DNA of 32,000 nucleotides from Ignicoccus hospitalis KIN4/I (GCF_000017945.1 NC_009776.1:720001-752000), one strand, 5' to 3'; numbered from the stretch's first letter, positions 9,801 through 22,506 are shown. The notes: generated by a model from the letters alone, not told the origin. A program made the numbers and translations.

Positions 9801-10148
9801 AACAGCAAGTGCGGTCCTCCGGGGCGAGGCCGGGGACCCGGGTTGGCGAGAGGCCGGTTCGTCCGGCTCCGAGTGGGCCCCTCTTCACGTTTCCTGATCC
9901 TTGGTTCATTCTGGTCTCCTACCTAATCGAGCTTCTACATGCGCTTCCTCGCCTTAGCTCCGCTCGCTTAGGATCCGCGCCTTTTGCGCCACACAAATTT
10001 CGTTGTAAGCTGTCTCGCCCTGCGAAGGCTTGTCTTCTTGAGAAGTGGCCTAAAGAGTACGGGAATCAATAACATCATTTACGCTGACTCTTACGCTATA
10101 CTAAAGACCTCAATAAAGACCTCAAACGAGCTATTGAAAGTCGACGCT

Positions 10149-10955
10149 TCATGATATCCCTAATGCGCGGCGGAGGACCTCTTCCCTCTCCCCGGATCCA
10201 AGCCTCTTCGCAGCGTCTACTAGCTTCCTAACCCTGTGGACGTCCACAGGGTTCTCGGTCACCCCTCCTTCCTTGAAGTACGTCCCAACGATTACGCCGT
10301 CCGCCGAGGCGAAGCGGACCACGTTCTCCGGAGTTATTCCAGAAGCCACAAGCACGGGCTTGGGCGTACAAGTCTTAACGACCTCTAACTGTCGGGGATC
10401 GGCCTCGCTCCCCGTCGCCGCCCCCGAGACGGCTAGGGCGTCTGCCCTACACCGCCCTCCGAGGTCGCGCGCCTCGTCGCACAAGTCTCTCCCGCTGATT
10501 GGGGCTGCGTGCTTCACGCGGACGTCAGCTACCACTCCCACCTTCGCGCCCCAGCGCCTCATGACCTCTAGCCCTTCCCTCGCCACGGGCGTGAGGAGCC
10601 CTTCAGGGGCGTCAGAGGTCCAACACCACTGGTTGGAACGCACGAACTTAGCCCCGGACGCGAGGGCCACTGCTATCGCTTCCGGCGCAGAGTTCCGGAG
10701 TAGGCTGACTCCCGCGCTTAGCTCCAGCGAGCGGACGACCTCTGTAACCACTCGGGTCGCGGCAGCTACGGTGACGTAATCCACCCTTATGGGGAACGGG
10801 TAGTCCATAAAGTTTTCTATTATTATAGCGTCTACCCCTCCCTTTTCGAGGGCCTTCGCGTCCTTCACGGCCCTTTCTATTACAGCGTCGAAGTCGCCGC
10901 CCCACCCGTATGAGCCGGGGAGCGGAAGCAAGTGGACGACCCCTATTACGAGCAC
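10149..10955 (-). CDS. BtpA/SgcQ-family TIM-barrel protein
   Basis: The N-terminus MLVIGVVHLLPLPGSYGWGGDFDAVIERAVKDAKALEKGGVDAIIIENFMDYPF matches the BtpA signature (G.IHL.PLPGSP...). GTG start. Lies antisense between the 16S and 23S genes. Confidence 0.65.
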   Translation of the reverse strand: MLVIGVVHLLPLPGSYGWGGDFDAVIERAVKDAKALEKGGVDAIIIENFMDYPFPIRVDYVTVAAATRVVTEVVRSLELSAGVSLLRNSAPEAIAVALASGAKFVRSNQWCWTSDAPEGLLTPVAREGLEVMRRWGAKVGVVADVRVKHAAPISGRDLCDEARDLGGRCRADALAVSGAATGSEADPRQLEVVKTCTPKPVLVASGITPENVVRFASADGVIVGTYFKEGGVTENPVDVHRVRKLVDAAKRLGSGEREEVLRRALGIS

Positions 10956-11067
10956 GGCCCCTCCCGCGGGGCCCTAGCGTTAGGCGCCCATACGTCCTCG
11001 CTCGATGATCCGAGATGCTGACCTCTCGACCTTAACTCATAAATGACAAGTCCGCAACTTACCTTCT

Positions 11068-11083
11068 AGAAAACTTTATTACC
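11068..11083 (+). promoter_or_regulatory. BRE/TATA promoter of the 23S transcription unit
   Basis: Identical agaaaaCTTTATTAcc at the start of repeat copy 2. Confidence 0.7.
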
Positions 11084-11252
11084 CCTACCCCGCGCTAGGG
11101 GAACACGGAGGGCCGCCCCGGGACGGGGAGAACCGGGGACGGCCCGGGAGAAAGCTCAAAAACCCCGGGCTCCCGGGGGAAGACCCGGGAGCTACGGGGC
11201 AAGCACGGGAGAAGTGGGGTCCGGGCAGAGGCCCGGACCGACAGGGGCCCAC
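11068..11252 (+). repeat. 185-bp promoter + leader repeat, copy 2 (upstream of 23S)
   Basis: Identical to 8105-8289. Identity ends exactly after ggggcccac, where the gene-specific halves of the two processing helices diverge. Confidence 0.95.
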
Positions 11253-11300
11253 GATCCGGGTCGGCCGGCCTCGAGGGCCGCAAGCCTCCGGGCCCTCGGG
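11244..11300 (+). other. 5' strand of the 23S processing helix (pairs with 14367-14473)
   Basis: ggggcccacgatccgggtcggccggcctcgagg (11244-11276) is the perfect 33-nt complement of 14441-14473. tccgggccctcggg pairs with cccgagggcccgga (about 14417-14430). Unpaired segments lie between them. Confidence 0.8.
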
Positions 11301-14366
<3,066 letters not shown>

Positions 14367-14505
14367 TTCTCACCCGGGGGCGAGCCGCAAGAGTAGGTTG
14401 GCTCGTCCCCGGGGGTCCCGAGGGCCCGGAGGCCGGCAAACCTCGAGGCCGGCCGACCCGGATCGTGGGCCCCTACGCCTCTTCATTCCTCCCGCACGCT
14501 TGCTC

Positions 14506-14787
14506 CTAAGTCTCCATGTCTCCCGCGGCCACGAACTCCTTGTAGAGCACGAGCGCCGCCTGAACGACACGCCTCGCCTTAGCTACGAGCGAGCACAGCC
14601 TATTGTTGGAGGTTGTGAAGCGACACACGACGTCGGCGACTTCCAAGACGGCTGCGAGTAGCTCGAGCGCCTCCTTAACTATCTCGGAGGAGGTTTCCAC
14701 CCTCCTCACCGGATAAGTGTTTAACGTTTTGCGCGGAGTCGTCCCTTCGCTCCTTCCTCTTCTCGAGAAGCGGACCACGTAGCTCAA
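14506..14787 (-). CDS. Questionable small helical hypothetical protein (93 aa maximum; possibly about 67 aa from GTG 14709)
   Basis: ORF wedged between the 23S trailer and the tRNA promoter. No motif recognised, and the start is ambiguous. Confidence 0.25.
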   Translation of the reverse strand: MSYVVRFSRRGRSEGTTPRKTLNTYPVRRVETSSEIVKEALELLAAVLEVADVVCRFTTSNNRLCSLVAKARRVVQAALVLYKEFVAAGDMET

Positions 14788-14799
14788 AACTTATTAAGG
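14786..14799 (+). promoter_or_regulatory. BRE/TATA promoter of tRNA-Ala
   Basis: aaaaCTTATTAagg lies about 25 nt upstream of tRNA position 1. It closely resembles the rRNA promoters. Confidence 0.6.
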
Positions 14800-14818
14800 C
14801 TTGTGGGAACCCCTCCCC

Positions 14819-14894
14819 GGGCCCGTAGCTCAGCTGGAAGAGCGCCGCCCTCGCAAGGCGGAGGTCCCGGGTTCAAATCCCGGCGGGTCCACCA
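14819..14894 (+). tRNA. tRNA-Ala (anticodon CGC) with genome-encoded CCA
   Basis: Cloverleaf: acceptor GGGCCCG/CGGGTCC with the G3:U70 Ala identity pair; D arm GCTC-AGCTGGAA-GAGC; anticodon arm CCGCC-CTCGCAA-GGCGG; T arm CCGGG-TTCAAAT-CCCGG; then A-CCA. Confidence 0.93.
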
Positions 14895-14911
14895 CTTCCA
14901 AAAGGTTAGTG

Positions 14912-15499
14912 TTACGAACCTCCCTCGCTTCCAACCTTCTCCGCGTGTTCCAACAAGCGTCGGGCGACCTCCCGGTCCTCCTCGTCGCCCAGGCGGAGGG
15001 CCTCCGAGAGGAGCTCCCTTATCCTCTCCCTCTCGTCCTTTAAGTGGAGCCTCGTTATCAAGACTAGGGCCTCGAGTATGTAGAAGAAGGCCCTGCGCGG
15101 CGGTCCCGCGGGCCTCCAGAAGCCCTTAGTAGGCTTGCAGAACGCCTTGGCGGGGAAGGAGTAACGGTAGCTCAACAACTCGCACTCCACGGCCAAGTAC
15201 CAGCGCGAGGGACCCGGGCCTAGGGGGGTGGAGGCTAAAGGCCTCTCCTTAAACACGGCGAAGTCCGCGTATTCGGCGGAGGAGCACGAGGCGAAGAGGG
15301 ACAGCTTACCTTCCCTTAACATGCTCCTCTCGAAGCGCCCCGGGTAGACGTTGAACGCTAAGCCGTCCCCCTCCCTCCAAACCCCTAGGACGCTGCGGGC
15401 CCCGCCGGAGACGGCCAAGCTCTCGTTGTACGTATTGCTAAAGTATTTCAACGTCTCGACGCCCTCCAGAGCAACGGAGCCGCGGGTTGCACGAGGCAA
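14912..15499 (-). CDS. Hypothetical protein (beta-rich N-terminal part, helical C-terminal part; possibly a DUF447-like flavin-binding fold)
   Basis: 195-aa ORF. The TTG start at 15499 overlaps the hypA start by 13 nt, so the true start may be TTG 15451. The family guess is weak. Confidence 0.45.
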   Translation of the reverse strand: MPRATRGSVALEGVETLKYFSNTYNESLAVSGGARSVLGVWREGDGLAFNVYPGRFERSMLREGKLSLFASCSSAEYADFAVFKERPLASTPLGPGPSRWYLAVECELLSYRYSFPAKAFCKPTKGFWRPAGPPRRAFFYILEALVLITRLHLKDERERIRELLSEALRLGDEEDREVARRLLEHAEKVGSEGGS

Positions 15500-15906
15500 G
15501 CTACGCCCTCACGATAGTGGATACCGTCATGGAGGCCCTTAAAAAGGAGGGCCTCGAGAACGTGAAAGTAACCAAAGTCATAATTAAGATAGGAGAGTTG
15601 AGCTTGGTGGACCCCGTAGCTTTGCGTAACGCCTTCGAGGCCTACTCCCTAGGCAGCCCCTTGGAGGGGGCCGAGCTGGAGATAGAGGTGGTGCCGTCCA
15701 AGTTCGTGTGTAAGAGGTGTGGCCACGAGTGGACCTTTAAAGACGTCTACCCAGAGCTCAAGGCTAACATACCGGTCATCCACTTGTATCCCCACTTAGT
15801 GAAGGACCTACTCAAGTGTCCCAAGTGCAACAGTTCCGAGGTGGAAATTGTGCAAGGGACGGAGTTCGTAATAGAGGGATTCGAATATCAAGAGAGTAAC
15901 GAGTGA
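15487..15906 (+). CDS. hypA: Hydrogenase nickel-insertion / maturation protein HypA
   Basis: MHE N-terminus (TTG start). Zn-ribbon CKRCGHEW...CPKCNS. Length and pattern are typical of HypA. Confidence 0.85.
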   Translation: MHEASYALTIVDTVMEALKKEGLENVKVTKVIIKIGELSLVDPVALRNAFEAYSLGSPLEGAELEIEVVPSKFVCKRCGHEWTFKDVYPELKANIPVIHLYPHLVKDLLKCPKCNSSEVEIVQGTEFVIEGFEYQESNE

Positions 15907-15974
15907 ACCCTAGAGTCAACCAACGCGTTTTTATTATTAATTAACGTTCGCGCACTGGCTTTTGGAGGCACGAG

Positions 15975-17753
15975 ATGTCCGCCCTGAGCGCGCGGAAAGC
16001 GCAGAGCTTTCGCTTACTCGAACCTTCCCGCTACGAAGGCGACACGATAAAGATAGCGAACCGCACCGTAAAGGTGGGCGGTCCCCTCCCCAAGCTCAAA
16101 GAGGGGGAGAAGCTGCTGAAGGTGACAAACAGCCTCTGCCCCGAGTGCTACAGGCTCCTCCCGGCGGTGGTGTTCGAGCGCGACGGGAAGGTCTACATAA
16201 GGAGGGTCTGCCCGGAGCACGGGGAGATAGAGGAGATATACTTCGGCGACGCTAAGCTCTACAAGAAGTTTGAGAAGTGGGAAGAGGACGGGAAGGGGAC
16301 AACGGCCTACACCAAGCTCACCGCCCCGTGCCCCTTCAGCTGCGGCCTCTGTCCCATGCACAAGAGCCACACCGCCCTGCTCAACCTAGTGGTCACCAAC
16401 CGCTGCGACCTAACTTGTTGGTACTGCTTCTTCTACGCTGAGAAGGCCGGCTACGTGTACGAACCCACCTTGGAGCAGATAGAGTTTATGGTTAAGCAAG
16501 CCATGCGCCAAGGCGTGCCCTTGGCGGTCCAGCTGACCGGCGGAGAGCCTACCATGAGGAGCGACTTGCCGGAGATAGTTAGGCTCCTCCGCAGGTTGGG
16601 GGTGAGGCACATACAGCTCAACACCCACGGCATCCGCTTCGCCGAGCTTTACCTAAAGGACCCGAGGGCCGCCGTGGAATACGTAAGGTCGCTGAGGTAC
16701 GTGGACGGTCAGATAGGCGTTAACACGGTCTACTTGTCGTTCGACGGCGTCACCCCCCAGACCAACCCCAAGAACCACTGGGAGGTCCCCTATACCTTCG
16801 CGGCGTTTAGGGAGGGCGGAATGACTTCGGTTGTGCTAGTTCCAACAGTGATAAAGAATTGGAACTTACATGAAGTTGGGGACATAGTAAAGTTCGCAGC
16901 ATTAAATATGGACATAGTTAGGGGCGTCAACTTCCAGCCCGTGTCCTTGACCGGACTCATGCCCAGGAAAGAGAGGGACAAGGCCAGGGTGACCATACCC
17001 GACTTGATAAAGGCCTTAGAGGAGCAGACTGGAGGACAAATAACTGCCGACGACTGGTACCCGGTACCCATAACCGTGGCCTTCTCCAAGTTCATGGAGA
17101 GGTTCTCCCACGACACCCCCCACTTCGAGATGACCAACCACCCCATGTGTGGGGCGGCCACCTACGTCTACGTAGAGCGCAAGGGCACGGAGGTTAGCTA
17201 CGTCCCCTTGCCGAGGTTCGTGGACGTGGAGGGGCTGGCGGAGTACTTGGAGGAGAAGGCGGAGGAGCTGGAGGGGGGCAGCACCTTAACTAAGATGAAA
17301 GTAGCTATGAAAATACTGTACAACTTGAGGAAGTTCATAGATCAAGAGAAGGCCCCCGAGGGCTTCGACTTCTGGAAGCTCTTGTACCAGATAATAGTAA
17401 AGAGGAACTACGAGGCGCTGGGGGAGCTCCACTACAAGCTTCTGTACATCGGAACTATGCACTTCATGGACCTCTACAACTACGACGTCCAGAGGGTCAT
17501 GAGGTGCAATATCCACTACTCCTCTCCGGACGGGAGGGTGATACCGTTCTGCGCTTACAACGTCCTCAACGACCTGTACAGGGACTATATAATCAAAGAG
17601 AACAGCATGAGCTTGGAGGAAGCCAAGAAGAGGCTGGGCCCGGACGTCTTCCGGAAGTACATAAGGAACGTGAAGCTGTTGGAGGCCGGCGAGGAGTACA
17701 AGAGGACCTACGCGCCGTTCATGGAGAAGATACGCTCTTCGCGCGCCTCTTAG
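15975..17753 (+). CDS. Radical SAM enzyme with N-terminal Cys/His ribbon and an auxiliary cluster; tetraether lipid synthase (Tes / GDGT-MAS, MJ0619 family)-like
   Basis: Radical SAM motif CDLTCWYC. Upstream [12 protein letters not shown]-terminal CPECY...CPEHG. 592 aa. An AT-rich promoter tttttattattaattaa lies upstream. Confidence 0.6.
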   Translation: MSALSARKAQSFRLLEPSRYEGDTIKIANRTVKVGGPLPKLKEGEKLLKVTNSLCPECYRLLPAVVFERDGKVYIRRVCPEHGEIEEIYFGDAKLYKKFEKWEEDGKGTTAYTKLTAPCPFSCGLCPMHKSHTALLNLVVTNRCDLTCWYCFFYAEKAGYVYEPTLEQIEFMVKQAMRQGVPLAVQLTGGEPTMRSDLPEIVRLLRRLGVRHIQLNTHGIRFAELYLKDPRAAVEYVRSLRYVDGQIGVNTVYLSFDGVTPQTNPKNHWEVPYTFAAFREGGMTSVVLVPTVIKNWNLHEVGDIVKFAALNMDIVRGVNFQPVSLTGLMPRKERDKARVTIPDLIKALEEQTGGQITADDWYPVPITVAFSKFMERFSHDTPHFEMTNHPMCGAATYVYVERKGTEVSYVPLPRFVDVEGLAEYLEEKAEELEGGSTLTKMKVAMKILYNLRKFIDQEKAPEGFDFWKLLYQIIVKRNYEALGELHYKLLYIGTMHFMDLYNYDVQRVMRCNIHYSSPDGRVIPFCAYNVLNDLYRDYIIKENSMSLEEAKKRLGPDVFRKYIRNVKLLEAGEEYKRTYAPFMEKIRSSRAS

Positions 17754-18081
17754 CGAAGTACTTTTCGTACAAGTCCTTCCTAATGTAAACCTTCCCCCTT
17801 CTTATTTGGAATACCAGACCGTCCAAGGGGTTGGGGGGCGGAGGGGGACACCCCTCCGGGGGCTGAGTGCCCAAGTACTTCCACCGGAGCTTCGTTCCGT
17901 CCCTCTCGTACTTGTAAAAGTACTTGCCGACGTATACGTACACCCTTCCCTTGCTCTTTACGTAGTGGAACGCCTTTAACCTGACGTTCTCCGGGAGCTT
18001 CTCGTTGTATTCGTACAGTTCCTTCAAGTATTGGTCAAGCAGCTCCTTGAGCTCCCCCTGGTCCAGCTCTACGTACTCCAC
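17719..18081 (-). CDS. Hypothetical protein (120 aa) with a Y/K-rich beta segment and a poly-Pro tract
   Basis: [41 protein letters not shown]. Convergent 35-nt overlap with the radical SAM gene end. Confidence 0.45.
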   Translation of the reverse strand: MEYVELDQGELKELLDQYLKELYEYNEKLPENVRLKAFHYVKSKGRVYVYVGKYFYKYERDGTKLRWKYLGTQPPEGCPPPPPNPLDGLVFQIRRGKVYIRKDLYEKYFAKRRAKSVSSP

Positions 18082-18174
18082 CGGACTTCCCTTCGGGAGT
18101 AGGGCCTTCGGAGTGAGGGAGCGGCGAGGAAAGTATCATTTGAATGTTACCGCGAGGGCGCGGGGGCAACGCGT

Positions 18175-18468
18175 TTGGAGTGGGAGACCCTCCGGGAGAG
18201 GATGATAAAGCTCCTCTCGGAGACGGAGGAGCCGCTGAGCGCCAAGGAAATTGCGTTCGAACTCGGCATAAAGGACGAGAAGCTGGTTTACGAAGAGCTG
18301 AAGCACGTAGCTAAGACCGTCAAGAGGAGGGGCATGAGGCTCTACGTGCAGCCCGCCTACTGTAAGAAGTGCGGCTTCGTCTTTAAGGACGCCCAGATAA
18401 AGAGGCCCTCTAAGTGCCCGCGCTGTAAGAGCCAGTGGATAGAGCCTCCTAGGTTCGTGATAAGGTGA
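18175..18468 (+). CDS. Winged-HTH + C-terminal zinc-ribbon transcriptional regulator (COG3357-like)
   Basis: The N-terminal segment LSETEEPLSAKEIAFELGIKDEKLVYEELKHVAK is HTH-like. The C-terminal CKKCG...CPRCKS is a Zn ribbon. TTG start. Confidence 0.6.
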   Translation: MEWETLRERMIKLLSETEEPLSAKEIAFELGIKDEKLVYEELKHVAKTVKRRGMRLYVQPAYCKKCGFVFKDAQIKRPSKCPRCKSQWIEPPRFVIR

Positions 18469-18474
18469 GGGGCG

Positions 18475-19737
18475 TTGAGGGAGCTGGCGGCCGGAGCGCT
18501 CTTCGCGGGAGTGGTAACTGTCATGATCTTCTTGCCCGAGTCCAAGCGCCCTTGGGCGGCCCTAGCCGGAGCGGCCTTGGCCCTAGCGGCGGGGCTCGTC
18601 GAACCCTCCCGCCTCCCGGAGCACTTGAACCTAGACGTGCTGGGCTTGATAGCCGGGGCTTGTGTAATTTCCGCTTACTTGACCGAGTCGGGCTTGATGG
18701 ACGAGTTGGCCCAGAGGTCCTTGAGGTGGAGCAAGGGCGACTTGAGGAGGCTCACTTGGTCCTTGGCTATGGTCTCCGGAGTGGTTTCGCTCTTTATAGA
18801 GAACGTGACGACGTTAATCATGCTCGCCCCCATGGTGTTCAGCGTAGCGCGCGCGTTGAAGGTAGACGCCGTCCCGATGCTGCTCGCGGCGGCCTTCGCC
18901 TCCAACTTGGGCGGAGCCGCGCTGCTCGTGGGCGACCCCCAGAGCGCGCTGGCCGCCGGTTACTTCAACTTGGACTTCGGGGACTTCCTCTTCCACGCGG
19001 GCAAGCCTTCCATATTCTGGATGGTCTTGACAGCCTTGATTGCCTCCACCACTGCCTTCACTTATACGTTCGTAAAGGGGAAGTTTAATTTACCGAGCGA
19101 ATCCAAGGAGAAGAGGTCGATAAGGGACAAGAAGCTAGCTTACGTCAGCTTAACTGCTTTAGCAATCAAGATATTGCTACTGGCGCTCAGAAAGCAGTTG
19201 GGCATAGGTCTGAGCTTACCGGCATTCATAGGGGCCTCGATAATATTACTATACACTAGAGACGTAAAGTTCGCTATTAAGTCTATCGAGTGGAAGCTGC
19301 TAGCCTTCTTGGCCGGGATGTTCGTACTGGTGGGGGCGCTGCAAGACAGCGGGACCATGAGGTTGGTAGCTGAGTCCTTCACCAAGCTCGCCTCTTGCGA
19401 CTACTACAAGCTGACGGCCTTGATAGTCGCGGCGTCGGTTGCTGTCTCAGCCGTGGTAGACAACGTTCCCTACTTAATGGCGATGTTCCCCATAATTTCT
19501 AAAATATCCTCCCACTGCGGCATATACTACTTCAAGCTGCTGTTAGCCCTCTTGATAGGAGCAACCCTCGGTGGGAACATAACTTACTTCGGGAGCTCGA
19601 CCAACATAACGGCGGTTCACTTGCTAGAGGAAGAGGGGTACTCGGTGAGGTTTAGGGACTTCCTTAAATACGGCGCTTACTACACCGCTTGGGCGCTGGG
19701 CTCCGCGCTGGCCCTCTACTACGCCTTGTGGAGATGA
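18475..19737 (+). CDS. ArsB/NhaD/CitMHS-superfamily anion permease (multi-TM)
   Basis: About 10-12 hydrophobic segments. LFIENVTTLIMLAPMV and AFASNLGGAALLVGDPQS are typical of this permease superfamily. Confidence 0.7.
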   Translation: MRELAAGALFAGVVTVMIFLPESKRPWAALAGAALALAAGLVEPSRLPEHLNLDVLGLIAGACVISAYLTESGLMDELAQRSLRWSKGDLRRLTWSLAMVSGVVSLFIENVTTLIMLAPMVFSVARALKVDAVPMLLAAAFASNLGGAALLVGDPQSALAAGYFNLDFGDFLFHAGKPSIFWMVLTALIASTTAFTYTFVKGKFNLPSESKEKRSIRDKKLAYVSLTALAIKILLLALRKQLGIGLSLPAFIGASIILLYTRDVKFAIKSIEWKLLAFLAGMFVLVGALQDSGTMRLVAESFTKLASCDYYKLTALIVAASVAVSAVVDNVPYLMAMFPIISKISSHCGIYYFKLLLALLIGATLGGNITYFGSSTNITAVHLLEEEGYSVRFRDFLKYGAYYTAWALGSALALYYALWR

Positions 19738-19852
19738 CGAGGGATTATCGAAGGGAAGCGGTGACCGGCGGGAGTACGGCGGATCCGTGACACCCTTCCA
19801 ACCGCTTTAATTACTCGGGTCGGCGATACTAACGAAGTACCGGGGACTTGAG

Positions 19853-20308
19853 GTGGAGACGTTAGGACCCGTTCGCAAGGCCTCCGTTAGCACGCTCCTC
19901 TTCAGCTTGGGCTTTCCCGAGGAAGAGTACTTGAGGGAGGCCGAATCCGACCTTCTGAGGATGATCGCCAAGGCAGGGGCTAAGCCCTTGGAACTCCCGG
20001 TGGAGGCCACCTTCGACCAGCTGGTGGCCGCGGTGGGCGAGGCCCCGTTGGAGGAGGCCCTCCAGAGGGCGGAGGCCCTATTGGAGGTGCTCAACATGCC
20101 GGACGGACACTTGAAGGAGACGCTGATGGACTTGTTAAGCGTCGACGTAATCGACATGATAGCCATGATAGCCGACCAGTTCGGGGCCGACCCCCAAGAC
20201 GTCTACTGGGCCTTCGCGGAGATCGGGAACAAGGAGAGCAGGGCGAGGGCTGCGGTGAGCACTTTCGCCAACTTGATATTAGAGTCCATAAGGAGGGAGC
20301 TCGCCTAG
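19853..20308 (+). CDS. Acidic helical hypothetical protein (151 aa)
   Basis: GTG start about 40 nt downstream of a TATA-like gctttaattac. No motif recognised. Confidence 0.45.
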   Translation: METLGPVRKASVSTLLFSLGFPEEEYLREAESDLLRMIAKAGAKPLELPVEATFDQLVAAVGEAPLEEALQRAEALLEVLNMPDGHLKETLMDLLSVDVIDMIAMIADQFGADPQDVYWAFAEIGNKESRARAAVSTFANLILESIRRELA

Positions 20309-20352
20309 AGCTCTTTATTCCCCACGTCCCATGCCCGGAAGGGCAGATCCCT

Positions 20353-21102
20353 TTGTTGTCGCAGAACACCGTAGGCCCTCTGGCTCGGGGCACTTCCGTG
20401 TTGGACGCCGCCAAGAGCATGGTCCTCAACAACTCTCCCTACGCGCTGTTAGAAGGGGCCCCACTGACCATGATAGACGCCGTCCAGATACTGAGGGCCG
20501 TGGCCATGGCAGACACGCCGATAGACGTGATAGAGGTCTTTAGGGCCGACGCGTCCGAGCTGGCCTACGAAGTCCCCATAGTAGAGGGGTCCGAGGAGGC
20601 GGTCAAGGCTATGCTCGGGAAGGACGTGAGCGCGGTGGCGGGGAAGGGAGGCTCCCTGTTGGACTCCCTCTACGTGTTAGTGGAGCGAGAGAAGGAGCTC
20701 GAGGGCCACAAGGTCTCCGAGATAATAGACAAGAGGCCGCCCTTGATAAATCCCCTTTGGGACTTCTTGAGGGCCCTGAGGGCCTCCCTAATCTACCCGC
20801 TGAGGGGCCACGCGGTGGTGGGGCAGAAGAAGCCGTTCGGCATAATTACCCCGCTGAAGTTCCTGAGGTTCCTAACCCTGGAGAGCACATTAAGTCAGCT
20901 GGAGATGGGGGAGAGCGCCCCGCTTGAGAGGGCGGCCGGCGACTTGGCGGAGCCCTTGCCCACCTACCCTACCCCGGAAACTAAGGTATCGGACCTAATC
21001 AAGGAGATGATTGAGCTCAAGAGCGAAGTGCTGCCCGTGGTGGCGGAGAGGCGCTACGTGGGCGTGGCGAGCGCCAGGGGCGCGCTTTCCTTACTGATAT
21101 GA
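20353..21102 (+). CDS. CBS-domain-like protein
   Basis: The N-terminal (GTSVLDAAKSMVLNN...MIDAVQILRAV) and C-terminal (KVSDLIKEMIELKSEVLPVVAERRYVGVASARGALSLLI) segments follow the CBS pattern. Confidence 0.5.
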   Translation: MLSQNTVGPLARGTSVLDAAKSMVLNNSPYALLEGAPLTMIDAVQILRAVAMADTPIDVIEVFRADASELAYEVPIVEGSEEAVKAMLGKDVSAVAGKGGSLLDSLYVLVEREKELEGHKVSEIIDKRPPLINPLWDFLRALRASLIYPLRGHAVVGQKKPFGIITPLKFLRFLTLESTLSQLEMGESAPLERAAGDLAEPLPTYPTPETKVSDLIKEMIELKSEVLPVVAERRYVGVASARGALSLLI

Positions 21103-21116
21103 CGGGGTGAAACCCC

Positions 21117-21794
21117 TTGTGCATAAAACTTGCCGACGTTTCTGCCTCCGAGGTCAAGAAGTTAGCTAAGGCCGTCTTGGTGCCCGTCGGCAGCTTGGAG
21201 GACCACGGCCCGCTGCCCTTGGGCTTGGACACCAAGATAGCTGAGGCGGTGGCGTGTAAGTGTGAGGAGGCGGTCGTGGCGCCGTCCATAAACTACTCCT
21301 TCAGCCCCGAGCACCCGTTCTCCGTGACCGTGCCCCTCCCCACGCTCTCCGCGTTCTTACTGGAAGTAACGTCGCAGCTGTACAACTTGTTCTCCGTTCC
21401 GGTGATCTTCGTGGTCGCCCACAAGGGGGCGGCGCCGGTGATGGAGGCGGTGACGATGGAGGCTTACAAGAGGGGAGTTAGGACTGCCCTGTTGGACGTC
21501 TGGGGAGTAATAGAATCTTTGGGGTACGACGACTTCCAGAAGCTCTGTAGGGCGGAGGCCTCCCTAGCGTTGGCCTTAGGATACAGCGTGGTCGTGCGTA
21601 AGTCGAAGAGGTACAAGAGCCCCCCTATGAAGAAGGGGGTCTTAATACCTTGGCACTCGGGGGAGTACGGCTGCTCCCCTGAGTCGGTCTCAGAGGCGCG
21701 GAAGGAGGAAGGGCTCCGGATAATCGAGGAGGTCGCCGAGGCGCTGAGGGGGCTGGTGAGGGGCCTTGAGGATCTTAGTGGTGGGGGAAGGTGA
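21117..21794 (+). CDS. Creatininase-family amidohydrolase (archaeal ArfB-type formamide hydrolase candidate)
   Basis: VLVPVGSLEDHGPLPLGLDTKIAEAVA matches the family signature lPvGs.EqHGpHLPlgtD. Confidence 0.65.
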   Translation: MCIKLADVSASEVKKLAKAVLVPVGSLEDHGPLPLGLDTKIAEAVACKCEEAVVAPSINYSFSPEHPFSVTVPLPTLSAFLLEVTSQLYNLFSVPVIFVVAHKGAAPVMEAVTMEAYKRGVRTALLDVWGVIESLGYDDFQKLCRAEASLALALGYSVVVRKSKRYKSPPMKKGVLIPWHSGEYGCSPESVSEARKEEGLRIIEEVAEALRGLVRGLEDLSGGGR

Positions 21795-22305
21795 GGAGTG
21801 CTCGGTGATATCGGAGACCATGGAAAAGGGAGGCTACGAGGTCAAGAGGGCCCCAAGGGTTGAGGAGGACGAGGACGTCTGCTTTTATCAAGCGGTCATA
21901 AGCTGTGGGGGCGACGAGGACGTCATACAGAGCGTGTTGGACGTTTACTCCTTGGCGCTGGAGAACGACTGCCAAGCCCCTAGGATAATCGCCCTCGCGG
22001 ACGACCCAAACGTCAGGGTGATACTGGAGCGCTTGGGCGCGGACGTGGTCCTCCCGGTAAACGCGGTGGCCAGGATAGCGGCCTCCATCGCCACATACCC
22101 CTACGCGGGCTTGCTCTTGCTGAACGCAATGAAGGGAGAACTCAAGGTGGCCTCGAAGGAATGCCTCAACTCCGAGGGGTGTGACGCCTTCACGCTGGCC
22201 GGCGAGAAGGGGATACCGATAGCTGTGCTCAGCAGGGGGCGTTGGATGCCGCCCAGCACAAACTTGAAGCCCGGCGACATAGTGGTCTACTTCGTGGTGG
22301 GTTAG
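21766..22305 (+). CDS. TrkA/RCK-like small regulatory protein with a degenerate Rossmann motif
   Basis: MRILVVGEGEE start and C-terminal LKPGDIVVYFVVG (RCK-C-like). TTG start overlaps the upstream gene by 29 nt. Confidence 0.4.
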   Translation: MRILVVGEGEECSVISETMEKGGYEVKRAPRVEEDEDVCFYQAVISCGGDEDVIQSVLDVYSLALENDCQAPRIIALADDPNVRVILERLGADVVLPVNAVARIAASIATYPYAGLLLLNAMKGELKVASKECLNSEGCDAFTLAGEKGIPIAVLSRGRWMPPSTNLKPGDIVVYFVVG

Positions 22306-22307
22306 GG

Positions 22308-22505
22308 TTGGTGCAGAGGTGTTGGAACAAGGGGCCCTTGGGCCCCACGGTAGCTACCGGCTGCTTCGTGCTCTATTACTTTAACGAGCGCGACGGGGTC
22401 GCGGAGGCCCTAGCGAGGGCCTTCGGGGGGAAGGTGGTGGACGCGAGGGAGGCCCCGGACCCGGACGAGGTCGTGCACGAGAAGGCTCTGGTTTGGTGTT
22501 GGTAG
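22308..22505 (+). CDS. Possible small protein (about 65 aa)
   Basis: TTG/GTG start directly after the stop of the upstream gene. This is the non-overlapping part of track ORF 22242..22505. No motif recognised. Confidence 0.25.
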   Translation: MVQRCWNKGPLGPTVATGCFVLYYFNERDGVAEALARAFGGKVVDAREAPDPDEVVHEKALVWCW

Positions 22506-22506
22506 C

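Noticed and set aside
10102-10125. Perfect tandem 12-mer taaagacctcaa x2 just downstream of the BtpA-family gene
   Set aside because: Only two short units with no spacers, so it is not a CRISPR array. It is most likely part of the AT-rich terminator region.
10273-10779. 168-aa plus-strand ORF in the rRNA spacer (also 10648..10905, minus strand, alternative frame)
   Set aside because: It is antisense or out of frame relative to the BtpA-family CDS, which has a family-typical N-terminus. The products are Ser/Thr/Ala/Arg-rich.
18465-19088. 207-aa plus-strand ORF in an alternative frame to the permease gene; similar alternative-frame ORFs at 4613..4927, 15962..16255, 2772..3080 and 22565..22858
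   Set aside because: They are Arg/Gly/Pro-rich out-of-frame products nested in genes whose main frame shows clear family motifs or TM periodicity.
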